Under the pieces are notes generated by a model. That model made no database searches, was not told the origin of the DNA, and was given only the letters and a program-made list of their open reading frames with translations. From an uncultured virus (IMG/VR IMGVR_UViG_3300025502_000006) (lineage: Duplodnaviria > Heunggongvirae > Uroviricota > Caudoviricetes), in the IMG/VR virus record IMGVR_UViG_3300025502_000006: a stretch of 64,000 nucleotides of DNA; one strand, written 5' to 3'. Positions 19,699 to 30,555 of this stretch are shown in pieces. Within the stretch, counting starts at the first letter, position 1. Every line of letters starts with the position of its first letter. The position numbers and the translations under genes are program-made.

Positions 19699-19732
19699 AA
19701 TTTTTCCTTTGATTAACTTAATTTGTACAGCT

Positions 19733-19761
19733 ATTATACTGCTTTGGGTATCCGTTGTCAA
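19733..19761 (-). promoter_or_regulatory. consensus sigma70 promoter
   Basis: TTGACA-N17-TATAAT. Confidence 0.85.
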
Positions 19762-19779
19762 TCTTTTTACCCATTATTT

Positions 19780-21474
19780 TCAGTTATTTAACTTAAATGT
19801 CGGATTATATGCTTCATATTCGCCTGTATACCAGTATTTAATGATCTTTTCTGCTGGTTTCCCTCTAATTGACTGTGATATGTTAGGGAATCCTTCACGT
19901 GGTGTCTGGGTGTGATGCTGATTAGGCTCTGCATACAGTGTGTCAGATAACCAGTATCCAGTGGTTGTAGTTGTACCTAAGGTCTCAAACACCACTTGAT
20001 TATGTACTGCTCTCATTACTGCTTCTGTAAGGATTGCTTGAGCCGAGAAATCAGTTTGTATCTCATATTGTGTACATTCATAATAGACACCATCGAGTGT
20101 TCCTTCTGTACAGAATCCATCTTCCCACCAGCCCTTTGACAAGTATCTTGTATTACTTTGACTAAAAAAGTTGAAGATGACTTTGGGGATAGTCGTACTT
20201 GAATTATGCCAGCAAGGGTAATTATCTAAGCAATTCCATTCTTCATATGTTCTTTGTATCGACTGCGCCGCTTTTTCTTGCAGTAACTCAACTGTTGCGG
20301 TTGCAACTTCTTCATCAGACAGCCTCATATCGGGTGATATTCCAACACCATCTACTTTATCAAAAACACGTTTATCATTCCAGATCACCCCTTCAGCAAG
20401 ATAGACTTTCCCTGAGAATTTTTCTCTGATTTTGTCAATAAGAATTCCCATCCTTTCCATGTAATAGTCTTTGAGTGCATCGGTTTCTACTTGACTGTGT
20501 CCTTGATCATCTACCCCACATGAAAAACACATCCACATCGCACTCCAATCTGCTGACACAGACTCAACACCGAGAGTCTCCAATCGATCTGCTTCCCATA
20601 TCATATGTTTTTCATGTGCATCCATAATTTTTATTAACAGTGGCATGTCAAGCCTAACGTTTCCGTTAAACGGAAACAGTAATTCATCAGTATTTGCGAT
20701 ACGCATGTTAAATTGCCATGCATAATGCACATCTAATCCTAGATCATGTGCTATTGCAGTAATCATATCAATATCAGCATCAGACAAATCTTTGGTATTA
20801 TGATTTACTTCCCATGCCCCATCATTAGTCACGTCCCAATAACCATAGTTATAAATCGATGCAGTATTCACGCCATGATCTTTAAGTCTACGTAAGGTCA
20901 TCCTATACATGAGTTTTTTGTATTCGATTTCAGTACAATCAGCTATCCAACTAGTACCAGCTCTTTGGTGGGCGCCGTAAACTTGTCTTACTGAATAATC
21001 CTTAAATCCTATGCCTTTATAAAGGTGATCATCACCAAATGAGTTTTGTGCTATCGGCACTTCATATTCCCCCAGGTATGACTGTGGGATATCTGCATTA
21101 TGTGGATTAACACACGAGCCTTCAGAGTCTTCTGTATTGACTGTAATTTCGACACTTGAAGAGGCATCTCCGCATGTAATTGTAAAGACTTGATCACCAT
21201 AGCTAGTAATAATAACCGTTTCGCTTCCAGATGTGGATTTAGTACCAGACCAATACCCTGATGCCGAGCAAGAAGATGCGTTAGCACTGCTCCATGAGAC
21301 TATAGTGGACTCGCCCAGAAATACAGTAGTTGGATTTGCTGATATAGATGCAGTTGCTGAATTACTCAGAAGAGAAGTACTGGATGTTGTTGGTGCGGGT
21401 GTTGCATCTGAGCCTCCACCTCCACCACATGCTGAAAGGAGTAAAATACTCGAAATTAGTATTAGATTTTTCAT
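19780..21474 (-). CDS. lipoprotein with Ig-like domain and putative glycoside-hydrolase-like TIM barrel
   Basis: Lipobox LSA|CGGGGGS, Ser/Thr linker, WSSANASSC.ASG.WSG domain; LKDHGVN...AHDLGLDV...IREKFSGKVY recalls GH113-like barrels. Confidence 0.6.
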   Translation of the reverse strand: MKNLILISSILLLSACGGGGGSDATPAPTTSSTSLLSNSATASISANPTTVFLGESTIVSWSSANASSCSASGYWSGTKSTSGSETVIITSYGDQVFTITCGDASSSVEITVNTEDSEGSCVNPHNADIPQSYLGEYEVPIAQNSFGDDHLYKGIGFKDYSVRQVYGAHQRAGTSWIADCTEIEYKKLMYRMTLRRLKDHGVNTASIYNYGYWDVTNDGAWEVNHNTKDLSDADIDMITAIAHDLGLDVHYAWQFNMRIANTDELLFPFNGNVRLDMPLLIKIMDAHEKHMIWEADRLETLGVESVSADWSAMWMCFSCGVDDQGHSQVETDALKDYYMERMGILIDKIREKFSGKVYLAEGVIWNDKRVFDKVDGVGISPDMRLSDEEVATATVELLQEKAAQSIQRTYEEWNCLDNYPCWHNSSTTIPKVIFNFFSQSNTRYLSKGWWEDGFCTEGTLDGVYYECTQYEIQTDFSAQAILTEAVMRAVHNQVVFETLGTTTTTGYWLSDTLYAEPNQHHTQTPREGFPNISQSIRGKPAEKIIKYWYTGEYEAYNPTFKLNN

Positions 21475-21594
21475 ATATACCCATTATTAATGATAATAGG
21501 TGTGCATTGTACTGTGGAATGGATTCAAAGTCAATAAAAAAATGCCAAAAATTTACATTTCGGGCATTTTACGTGTTTTCTAACGATTTGTTAG

Positions 21595-21711
21595 TTTAGA
21601 TTTGTGATATGGAAAAAGCCATAACGTAGAATGATGCTGAAAACAGAATCACCATTCCCAAAGACTCACTATCTAAATCTAACTTCTGCTTTATGCTAAG
21701 AAGTTTTTTCA
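21595..21711 (-). CDS. 38-aa hydrophobic peptide (not in ORF track)
   Basis: TTG start after GGAG; MKKLLSIKQKLDLDSESLGMVILFSASFYVMAFSISQI; TATAAATA at 21826-21833. Confidence 0.5.
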
Positions 21712-22046
21712 AGTTATTCTCCGTGTGTAATATAACGTGTGTTATTAGTATACTATGTGCTTTATGCATATTGGTTATGACAAATACGCATACTATGCTA
21801 ATATCGTAGGACCCTCCTACGCCTCTATTTATACCTACGGAAAGATTATGTTATTTTTTATTTTCTACTCTTTCTTTTCTTTCAAAGCCTCTCGTCGAGC
21901 ATATTCGTCTGCTTCCTTACTCAGTATTTCTCCTTGCGTTTCTCCAAAATCAATCTCTACCAGATCAAGCCAGCTCAAATCCATATTCCAATCATCTGTA
22001 TTAAAAGACTGCACTTGAGCCATAAGATATTTTTCTCTGTTAGTAA

Positions 22047-22223
22047 TCATAACTCCACCCATTCCTCTTTGTGACCACAAGGGAAGCATAAAGCACTCGC
22101 GTTAGGGCGATTATCCTTGTTCGAGACCACGAGGTGTGCGAACGTTGAAGCCTGCGCAGAAAACCCCAAGGACATCGCTAAATGCATCACCATTTCTTTG
22201 CCACAATTAGGGCAGTCCATCAT
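22047..22223 (-). CDS. zinc-ribbon protein (paralogue 1)
   Basis: CPNC...CFPCG. Confidence 0.7.
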   Translation of the reverse strand: MMDCPNCGKEMVMHLAMSLGFSAQASTFAHLVVSNKDNRPNASALCFPCGHKEEWVEL

Positions 22224-22396
22224 ACCCCTTCCATGATTCCGCAAGGGTAGCAAGACGCAGTTGCGTTGTCCCAGTCAATCCCGCAAATTTGAACCTCTTT
22301 ACTGCGAAGCACTTTCTTGGTCACACCGTGAGCATATTTTGCAGGAAGCCGCAAGGACATCGCTAAATGCATCACCATTTCTTTGCCACAATTAGG
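22167..22396. repeat. 45-bp perfect direct repeat pair (22167-22211, 22352-22396)
   Basis: caaggacatcgctaaatgcatcaccatttctttgccacaattagg twice. Confidence 0.95.
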
Positions 22397-22405
22397 ACAT
22401 TTCAT
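22220..22405 (-). CDS. zinc-ribbon protein (paralogue 2)
   Basis: CPNC...CYPCG; 45 bp identical to paralogue 1. Confidence 0.7.
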   Translation of the reverse strand: MKCPNCGKEMVMHLAMSLRLPAKYAHGVTKKVLRSKEVQICGIDWDNATASCYPCGIMEGV

Positions 22406-22595
22406 CCCTTCACCTCTTCACGTTCAACTAGCATCATCGCCAGTTTAGGCATTTTTAATTTCATCAGCCAATATGGAGCGTACCCAACCTCAATCAATTT
22501 ATGCTTTGGCATTGCCAGCTTGAGAAGGTCTGCGGCTTTGCGGTTGGGTGTACTAGCAGTTATTCGTACATCTGCATCATCGTATATAAAATAAA

Positions 22596-23093
22596 TCACA
22601 CTTTCACTCCCTCTGGTTTATTTACAGGCATGTTAATCATATGAGTCCAAGCCACCACATTTTCATTTTCGTAACACATAGTACCATCTTCGTAATACCA
22701 CGTTATCTCAGTGCCGTCATGACCATCTACTTCTGCATAACACGAATCCTCCGTCATATACATTACTACGGGGTAATCACTGCCCACATTTCCCACCACA
22801 AAAACATCCTCGCGCTCTTTTGGTCTCTTCTCCGTCGGACAGTACCATTCATGTGTGTATGTCATCACATCTTTTGGGCGTTTAAGTTTAGGCACCCAAT
22901 GCGACACGCTATCAAAATCCATCTGCAAGGCATCGTCCAGAACGACCCACAAATAGTGTATCCAAGCCTCTCCCAGAGACTTTTCCTCAACGCAAAACCT
23001 TGCACTTGCTTGCCCATTAATAGCGGGAATGTAAATGAGAACCTCATCCCCCACTTCAGGCGTCTTATCTTCAAGACTAATCCAGTCATTCAT
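22596..23093 (-). CDS. tandem DUF551-like domain protein
   Basis: WISLEDKTP...VSHWVP and WYCPTEKRP...VVAWTHM. Confidence 0.7.
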   Translation of the reverse strand: MNDWISLEDKTPEVGDEVLIYIPAINGQASARFCVEEKSLGEAWIHYLWVVLDDALQMDFDSVSHWVPKLKRPKDVMTYTHEWYCPTEKRPKEREDVFVVGNVGSDYPVVMYMTEDSCYAEVDGHDGTEITWYYEDGTMCYENENVVAWTHMINMPVNKPEGVKV

Positions 23094-23508
23094 TTGTAGA
23101 CCACGCTAAACTTTACTTTTGTGATGCCCGCAGTGCAGACCGTTTCGCTAAGGGCGCCGTATTGATTCATCCTTTCTATGCCAGTATCTTGATCAAAGTT
23201 ATAATCAATCAGCCTTTCAGATGCTTTTATATTCTCAACCATATTCAGCAAAACAGTAATTAATTGTTTTTTGTCGCTTTCGTTGCTCTGTAATGAAAAT
23301 TTCATGATACATCTCTGTTTAGTTGTGGCTCTACGATATAATGCCAATCCAGTCCCGGCGTTGGGAATGTCGATCCACCACATTCACCATTATACCACTT
23401 CCAGCCGTCTTTCACCTTTTCCCAATGGCCGCCACCAAGATCGTAAACCTTTGTGCCTTCTGGATGGTGTGCCCATCCTTTGCTTCTCTTAAACTGCTTT
23501 TTAATATT

Positions 23509-23701
23509 CATCACTTCACCCCAACTGGTTTTAATTTATTCAATCTGTGTCCTTCGCTTTTCGCGTGTTCTTTAGACTCAAATGCGCCAGATACATATTC
23601 TATCGTTAAAGCGCCAACCTCACTCTGCCAGAAAATACACCAGCCACAATATTCCAATCTGAAATCGCAGATATACATCACTTCACCCCCACTGGTTTTA
23701 A
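23509..23701. repeat. 26-bp direct repeat pair (23509-23534, 23676-23701; 1 mismatch) bounding a 55-aa ORF (23511-23678, minus)
   Basis: catcacttcaccc(c/a)...actggttttaa; both genes end LKPVGVK-stop. Confidence 0.9.
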
Positions 23702-25544
23702 CTTAATGTCATTCAAGATGTCGCAGACTTGTTGGCACTTGGCTTCTGTGGATTGGTATATAATCCCTGTAGGAGTCTCATGTCCGCCCTCGGTAATCTC
23801 CCACTCTCCCCCAATGCGGCAGTAAGAAGGCCACCACACTTGACGGAATCGACTCCAATCAGGCACATAATCACTCTCGACGTTCAAACACGCTTGGTTG
23901 ATTAGCCCTTGTACTTTTGAATACTCTGCGGCTTTATTTGCTTTCAACAACCGTTCTGTCGCTCTCTCATGGATACTCTCGGCTATTAACAGTTTGTCCC
24001 TCAACTCTTGTTCTGTGTGTTCATCCATCGCTCTGCTCCTGTCGCTAAAGAATTATTGTGGTATACTCCATACCAGGATTATACCTGTTACTGGTGTGAT
24101 TATGAACCAACCAAAGTTTATAAGATCAACTATAACCCAAAGCATCGATGGCGGAACTTCTACCATACACCCTTCTTCGTCTTGAATCTGCTCTGGTTCG
24201 AATCGGTAAAGTCCTGCGACTATCGCATAGAATACTGCTATGATAGTATACGATGCCCATATTTGACATACTGTTTGTACAAATAATTCATTTATCAATT
24301 GATGTTCCTCCAATGAGTAAATAGTCTACTAATGAGAAGAAGCCTACAATAATACCACAGTATAATATAAACAACAGTATGTTGAATGTCCATGCTCCTA
24401 TGAACCGTCGTCGTTCTCGTTTAAAGTATTCGTGGCGATTCATATTGAGTCCTCTTTTTTTCTTGGCTCTGTTCTTTGGTCATATTTAAACGCCCCTGTG
24501 GCGCTCTCCATCGATGGATACTTGTTACATTTATAACACTTATGTAACTGAAATGGCAATTCTTTCCGAGGAATGAGAATGTATCCTCTATCATGGCACT
24601 GCATACATTCTTCATGCTCAGGGTCTGGGCCCTCCATCGTCAACTGCACATCTTGTACGATTGTTTTTACAATAGCTAAATTGTGGGCATGCTCTTCAGC
24701 TTGTTCTAATAGATCGTTTTCTGCCGTGATCAACAGTGCTTGCACACATTCCAATTTCTTTATTGCCCTTTCCAGTTGTCCATCATCCATCATGTAATCT
24801 CCATCCAGTATATCCAGCTTCATAATGTATCATAGTTTCTTCGACATACCTAGTCGAATCAATTAAGAACATATCTCCAGACTCGGACTTAAATGGTAAC
24901 AACGTTTTGGTTTTCCACATTATTTTACTCCTTAGACCGTCTATTAAGTTAGTTATGTTGCTTATCCATTTACTCATTCATCACATCACCAGGGGGCTTA
25001 GGTGTTTGTTCGGCACCCGCTGTATGTGGCGTATAGCCTGCATGTTGCATCATGCCAACCTTAGTAGGGTCTTTATACTCAGTTATCGTGTCATGTGTGT
25101 CGTGTTTACGGTTCAGTTTTGGATGGTTTAACGCTTCATACAAAACGAAGCGGTGCTTAAAGTCTCCAGTATAGGGCCTCTTAACATTATTAATGTATAC
25201 TCCCCTTTCGTTGTAATCCTCTACCCGACCCTCGTGGTTTGGGTTAGTTGTGGATACACCATGGATAGTGACATGATCACCTATATTATAGGTCCTATCG
25301 GCTGAACTCGGCTTTAGCTGTTGTTTATCTTCCAATTCACTCATCTTATAGGACATCTTATAGGATTCTTGGTGATCACCAATCAGACGCACACCGTTTG
25401 GTGAGAATTGCATAAGAAATTCTTCAATAGTCATGGCTAACAACTCTGCACGAGTCGATCTACCGCCACAATTGTTTGTTGCAGTATAGACACTGAATAA
25501 ACTCTCGTAATAATTCTCTAATGCTTTAGGGTCTGTAAGTTTTT

Positions 25545-25991
25545 TCATACTGGTATCCTTGTTAATAATTCATTTTGCATAACCAGTAACATCATCTCAT
25601 TATGCTTTGGGTACCCAAAGCTTGGGTCTGTCTTTAACAATAGATCATAGACAGCTTGTACATGCTTTGTTGTCATGTCCATCACCCGAACATAAGTTAC
25701 TGGTTGATCACCGTTTATCCCATAACTGCCCCAACGAACCTTTGATCGTATCAAGTCGTGGTCGTCGTCGTTATTCAGAGACAACATTGTCTCATCACCA
25801 TTATTAGAACGCCTAAGGAACGTAAGACCTCCATCGATCATATACCACTTACCATTAGCATCAATGTACTCATTGTAATCATGACGATATCGAGATTCCA
25901 ATACAGTACCATCAGGTGTACGTAGTGCACTGTACACAACTCTTGTTCGGTGTTCTGTCTCGGGGTGTTTAATACGTTTAGTGTACCACAT
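25545..25991 (-). CDS. hypothetical protein, paralogue of 32727-33104
   Basis: Shared ALRTPDGT.LES..RHDY, MIDGG, WGSYGINGDQP; start placed at ATG 25991 with GGAGG SD. Confidence 0.8.
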   Translation of the reverse strand: MWYTKRIKHPETEHRTRVVYSALRTPDGTVLESRYRHDYNEYIDANGKWYMIDGGLTFLRRSNNGDETMLSLNNDDDHDLIRSKVRWGSYGINGDQPVTYVRVMDMTTKHVQAVYDLLLKTDPSFGYPKHNEMMLLVMQNELLTRIPV

Positions 25992-26137
25992 GTGAATCCT
26001 CCTCCTCTTCTTCATCTTCAACAATGTCACAACAACCATCTTCGTCGCCGTGCAACCAGTCCTCGCAACTACCATTCCATCCATCAATATTCATATACAG
26101 AGTATATCATAGTTTTGGATACAATGCAACACCTTAA

Positions 26138-26347
26138 TTAATCTAACACTGGAGGAAGGGGTTGAGGCATCCAGTGAGTAACATCGTCTGTCAAGAACCC
26201 ATGTCTCCCACCAAATTGATGACAGGTGTAACCTTCCTCAACGAAAGTTCTATATGTACCAAAGTGCATACCCACAAATTCAAAATAGTATATAACCCTT
26301 TGATCCTCAGTTGGGTATCTGTCTTTAACACTGATCCATTCACTCAT
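26138..26347 (-). CDS. DUF551-like protein
   Basis: MSEWISVKDRYP...VTHWMPQPLPP. Confidence 0.8.
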   Translation of the reverse strand: MSEWISVKDRYPTEDQRVIYYFEFVGMHFGTYRTFVEEGYTCHQFGGRHGFLTDDVTHWMPQPLPPVLD

Positions 26348-26828
26348 GATCCTTCTCCGTATTTAAAGTTGCTATGATTTCATCTGGGGTAAAGTAGCGC
26401 CAATATCCATAATGAGGGGAGTCCTTAGGTAATTTACCATGCATATCCTCATCTTCATGTTCCACAATTGCGGCGGTACTTCTGGATCTTTTGCGATATA
26501 CAAATCCATTCACTGCGAATAATGTGCCAAAAGGGGCTACTTTAAAAACCATATCAGTTGAGTATTTTGTTTCCCATTCGTAATATCCACCATCATATAT
26601 AAATTCTTTCGGCGGTGTTGGTAATGGCATCCAATGCGATACATCATCGATTTCTATCTGATCAATATCATCTAGTACTATCCACCAAGTCTCAGTAGGA
26701 TTAAAATAATTCCCATTATCAACATAAAGACTTACACTGGCATAACTCTTGCTACAATGAATATATCCAAGAACGTGTTCGCCTTCTTTTGGTAATCTAT
26801 CGTTGATGCTTATCCATTCACTCATCAC
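26340..26828 (-). CDS. DUF551-like domain protein with C-terminal extension
   Basis: SEWISINDRLP...VSHWMPLPTPP. Confidence 0.8.
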   Translation of the reverse strand: MMSEWISINDRLPKEGEHVLGYIHCSKSYASVSLYVDNGNYFNPTETWWIVLDDIDQIEIDDVSHWMPLPTPPKEFIYDGGYYEWETKYSTDMVFKVAPFGTLFAVNGFVYRKRSRSTAAIVEHEDEDMHGKLPKDSPHYGYWRYFTPDEIIATLNTEKDHE

Positions 26829-29340
26829 TCACCTGCACCCATTAATTTTCTTGTTGCTCGCTGACTGGCGCTCTCGCATTCCCTGTAGGATATTGCTTTA
26901 GTTGAAATGCTAAATAGATTGTCCGTTATTGGTGTAGCAACTATCTCGCGCAAGTGTCCACAACAAATTACAGTCCCGCTATATTCACCGAACAGGAATT
27001 CAACTTCCCCTTTGTTTAGAGTTGTCTGTCCACCTGGGGCAGAGCTAAGATAATTCAATACATGTGTGACGTTTTTCATCATTTCATCCTCGTCTAATAA
27101 ATTTTAAATTCCATATGGCATCCACATAAACCAACACATAACCAATACTATGGCAATCATGTCTCCGGTATCCAAGAATAATCCAGTAAATGATGGCACT
27201 GGGTTCTTTGCGGCTACGTACCTGTCAGCCGCATTACTAAGCGCCTTTTCTACAGTGTCATCTCCATAATCAGATTTTAGCCATTGGTTAAGTTCGATCT
27301 CGGTGGCCGGTTCGGAGGCCCAAGCTTCCATCAAATATTTTTCTCTTTCAGTAATCATAACTTCCCCTTTGGTCTCTTGCGAGCCGTAACCTCCTTAGCC
27401 TGAACACTTTGCTCAATGTTAGAGAAATCGAAATCAACAAGATCCTCGTTTTGCTGGTCGATAATTTCGTTTAGGAGTGCGTATCGTTGATGTACGTTTT
27501 GATCGGTTGAACTAGTCAAATAATGTATTAGTAATAATAATTGAGAATTTGATATTTTCATTGTAATTTCCATAGTTGTTTAGTTATAAGTATTCGCATT
27601 CAATCGGACAAAGAGGGCTAACGCTGAACAACATCTTCCCAGTATCCGAACGCCCTATATATGTTGAATAGGGGTCGCCAGTGTAATGCAGGAAATCATG
27701 CTTGATTCCCGCCACCACGCCTCCTGCAAGTTGCTGACCTACAAAGTAAGATTTAGCGCCTGCTTCTGTTACAATTGAAAGTGTTTTAATACTCGCGCTT
27801 GAGTCAGCGGCGGCTGTCGTAACCATCAATTCACCGCCAATGAATAGCCAATTATCCATCCTATTACCAATAAACACACGCTTAAATACAAGCTAATTCG
27901 TATAACACGCTTTACCATTAGTTTACCTACCTCATTTCCAAAACCCGGTCCCATCATCACTTCTCCTCCACTGATTCAGTGGTGTTGTTAATATCCTCCG
28001 CATTGATGCGGGCCTCTATAGCGTCCCAAGTTGGTTCATACTCAGGCCAGTCATGCTCGACTACTACCGCCTTTAAAGATTCCTTTTTATGTAACAATCG
28101 GCTTTGCTCAACCCGAAAGCATATGTTACTTAACTGTATTTTTTGACTCTCGTTAAGAAACTCTTCTATATCTGACATTTTAAGTACTACATATCTTTGT
28201 TCTTTGTTCATCACTTCTCCTTTGCCGGCCAAAAATCGCAACGGCATGTCACAGTATAGTTTTCCCCTTTTCGGCGGGATTCAAATACAGACCAGTACCC
28301 TCCATAACACCTCTCCACCTCATCTATGGTTCTATCATGGAACCACTCTGCAACTCCTTTGTGGGCAGGCGGACTATCTCTACGGAGCTGTTCACTGGGA
28401 ACATGATAAATTCTTGAGAACTCTCTTATGGGTTTGTTTGCCTCAACGATTGCTTCCATATTCATTTGAATTTCTTTCCTAGCCAGTTATGAACAGTGCC
28501 TGTTTTATTTTTATTTTTGTTTTTGGTCTTTTTATGTGTTTTTTCTATTTCTTCAAGCTCATCAAAAATAATCCAATCCGCTTGTAAGCCGTTCACCTTG
28601 CCGGTATATTTCACTTCACTTTCCATAAAAATGCAGTGAGACCCTTCTCCGATCCCAAGCCTTAAAATAGTTACTAGCCAAAAATTCTTTTCTTGCCTTT
28701 ATAAAATGACCCCGATAATCGCATTTGGCACATTCAAAAGGGCCGTACACGTAGCTTTTACGTGCATTTTCGCGTGGTAAACGGCCCTCTTCGTATGGGC
28801 CTTCACATTTGTGGCATATAATTTTCATAACCTTTCCTCATTCTTCACCCTCGGCCTATTCGGCCTATTCGGTAAGCATTAATCGACATAATAATAACCG
28901 CATACACCCATGACAGTAAAAACGCCGCTAGACAATACCAGAGCATATTTTCGTAAGGCGCTTCGTATGTGATTAATCCAGTGAGTACCACTATGCCCTG
29001 AGTAAGCAGAACAGTGCCTGTTATATTTGTTAACATTGTTGCCCAAAAATAGCTTAATTTTTTCATCACTTCACCTCTGTTTAATCTTCATTCTTCTTTC
29101 GTCTTTCTCGTTTATCTTTGATTTCAGAGAAGATGTAAGACTCCCCCGTTAGGATATCCCAGCTTTCAGAGTAGAAGGTTTTTATCTTTTCTCTCTCCTC
29201 TAATATAATTACTACAGGTATGACAATAGGCGAGAATATTAACATTGTTATAGCTTTGAGCACTAGTTTGATTTCATCAAATCTTAGTAAGTCTTTCATG
29301 CGTACTGCGTTTTGCAAATCTGTTTCTTTTGACATGTCTA

Positions 29341-29598
29341 TTATCCCTCTATTTCCATTGATATAGCCGACATACGGTCCCTATGGGATTTGGTCAATAC
29401 TAACGCAATGGTGGTCCATAAAGAAATAGCCACTGCTCCACACAAATACCAGTGTATGTGTCTGTAAGAAGATGTGGGCACAATCATGTCATTGAGTACA
29501 AAAATCGCATAAGTATAGAATGCAGTTGCTGTAACCTTTGTTATTTCGATTGATCCCTTGATACTCCACTTAAGGTTCTGGTCGCTTAGTCTTTTCAT
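29341..29598 (-). CDS. small membrane protein
   Basis: Start placed at ATG 29598 (MKRLSDQ), coupled to the upstream stop; two hydrophobic segments. Confidence 0.6.
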   Translation of the reverse strand: MKRLSDQNLKWSIKGSIEITKVTATAFYTYAIFVLNDMIVPTSSYRHIHWYLCGAVAISLWTTIALVLTKSHRDRMSAISMEIEG

Positions 29599-29765
29599 TA
29601 AAATACAAACGTCATAAAAAATATGTGGACTCTTATGTAGCCTGCTTCCGAGTGAACGCAAAACAAACAACGTGCCTCGTCCTCCCAATTATTGACGGAC
29701 AAAAGCCAACACCCATATATTGAATCCGAAGGTATCCAATCTATTCCAAATAAGTCAAAACTCAT
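29598..29765 (-). CDS. 55-aa 'SFxLFxIxW' family paralogue (not in ORF track)
   Basis: Manual translation MSFDLFGIDWIPSDSIYGCWLLSVNNWEDEARCLFCVHSEAGYIRVHIFFMTFVF. Confidence 0.8.
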   Translation of the reverse strand: MSFDLFGIDWIPSDSIYGCWLLSVNNWEDEARCLFCVHSEAGYIRVHIFFMTFVF

Positions 29766-29768
29766 ATA

Positions 29769-30033
29769 CTCCACTCCTTGTTAATCCAATCAATGTTTAG
29801 TCTTTTCATTCGAACGAGAAAAAGAATTTCATAAAAAATATATCGAGGAGTATATAGTCCGCGCACCAATCAGCGCCCAACAAACAACGAACCTCGCCAT
29901 CCGGCCCCCAAATATTAATGGCCCCAATTAAAACTGAATATAGTGAATCCTTAGGTACCCAATTTATTACAAATAAAATAAAACTCATGTGCTCCACTCC
30001 TTGTTAATCCAATCAATGTTTAGTCTTTTCATT
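29769..30033. repeat. 42-bp perfect direct repeat pair (29769-29810, 29992-30033) with partial copies at 29586-29599 and 30254-30277
   Basis: ctccactccttgttaatccaatcaatgtttagtcttttcatt twice. Confidence 0.95.
29806..29997 (-). CDS. 'SFxLFxIxW' family paralogue
   Basis: MSFILFVINWVPKDSLY...RCLLG...LDIFFM. Confidence 0.8.
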   Translation of the reverse strand: MEHMSFILFVINWVPKDSLYSVLIGAINIWGPDGEVRCLLGADWCADYILLDIFFMKFFFSFE

Positions 30034-30259
30034 ATACCGAGATAAAGAACTGCATATAAAATAAATCGAGGGTTATATAGGCACCGCCATACAAGGGCTG
30101 GCCTGTATGCATGTCCACGCCTGGGTCCCAGGCAACGCCTAACAAACAACGAATATCCTCATCCCAATTATTAACGCCCATAAAATGAAACGCATATATT
30201 GAATACTTGGTTACCCATTCTATTTCAAATAAAATAAAACTCAAATTCACGTACTCCAC
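30032..30259 (-). CDS. 'SFxLFxIxW' family paralogue
   Basis: LSFILFEIEWVTKYSIY...VNNW...RCLLG...LDLFYM. Confidence 0.8.
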   Translation of the reverse strand: MEYVNLSFILFEIEWVTKYSIYAFHFMGVNNWDEDIRCLLGVAWDPGVDMHTGQPLYGGAYITLDLFYMQFFISV

Positions 30260-30555
30260 TCCTTAATAATCCAATCAGTATCTTTGTCTAATAATTCCAC
30301 ACGGTCTTTTATTTGATTATATAAACCAGACATACTCATGCGCATGGCGTATCCTTTTTTGTGTACTACATAGCAACTGCCGCTCTCTCCATAAAAGCGC
30401 CAATGTTTTCCTGCATCCTCTACTCTAGTAATACCACTGTTCAGCCTCCAACTGCCGCCAGTAGTATATCCACCACTCCATCCGCCTAGTACTTTGTAAA
30501 GACCTGCTTCCATCTTTACGACGACCCAACTGTCTGGATAATAATCATTGTTCAT
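30247..30555 (-). CDS. conserved-looking phage hypothetical protein
   Basis: PDSWVVVK...YKVLGGWSGGY..G.SWRLNSGI...GESGSCY. Confidence 0.8.
   Translation of the reverse strand: MNNDYYPDSWVVVKMEAGLYKVLGGWSGGYTTGGSWRLNSGITRVEDAGKHWRFYGESGSCYVVHKKGYAMRMSMSGLYNQIKDRVELLDKDTDWIIKEWST

Noticed and set aside
501..29765. Diversity-generating retroelement TR/VR pair for the duplicated small gene
   Set aside because: Mismatches are not adenine-specific and no reverse transcriptase is in the window.
29769..30277. CRISPR mini-array
   Set aside because: Only two full repeats, and the ~180-220 bp intervals are homologous coding genes; no cas genes.
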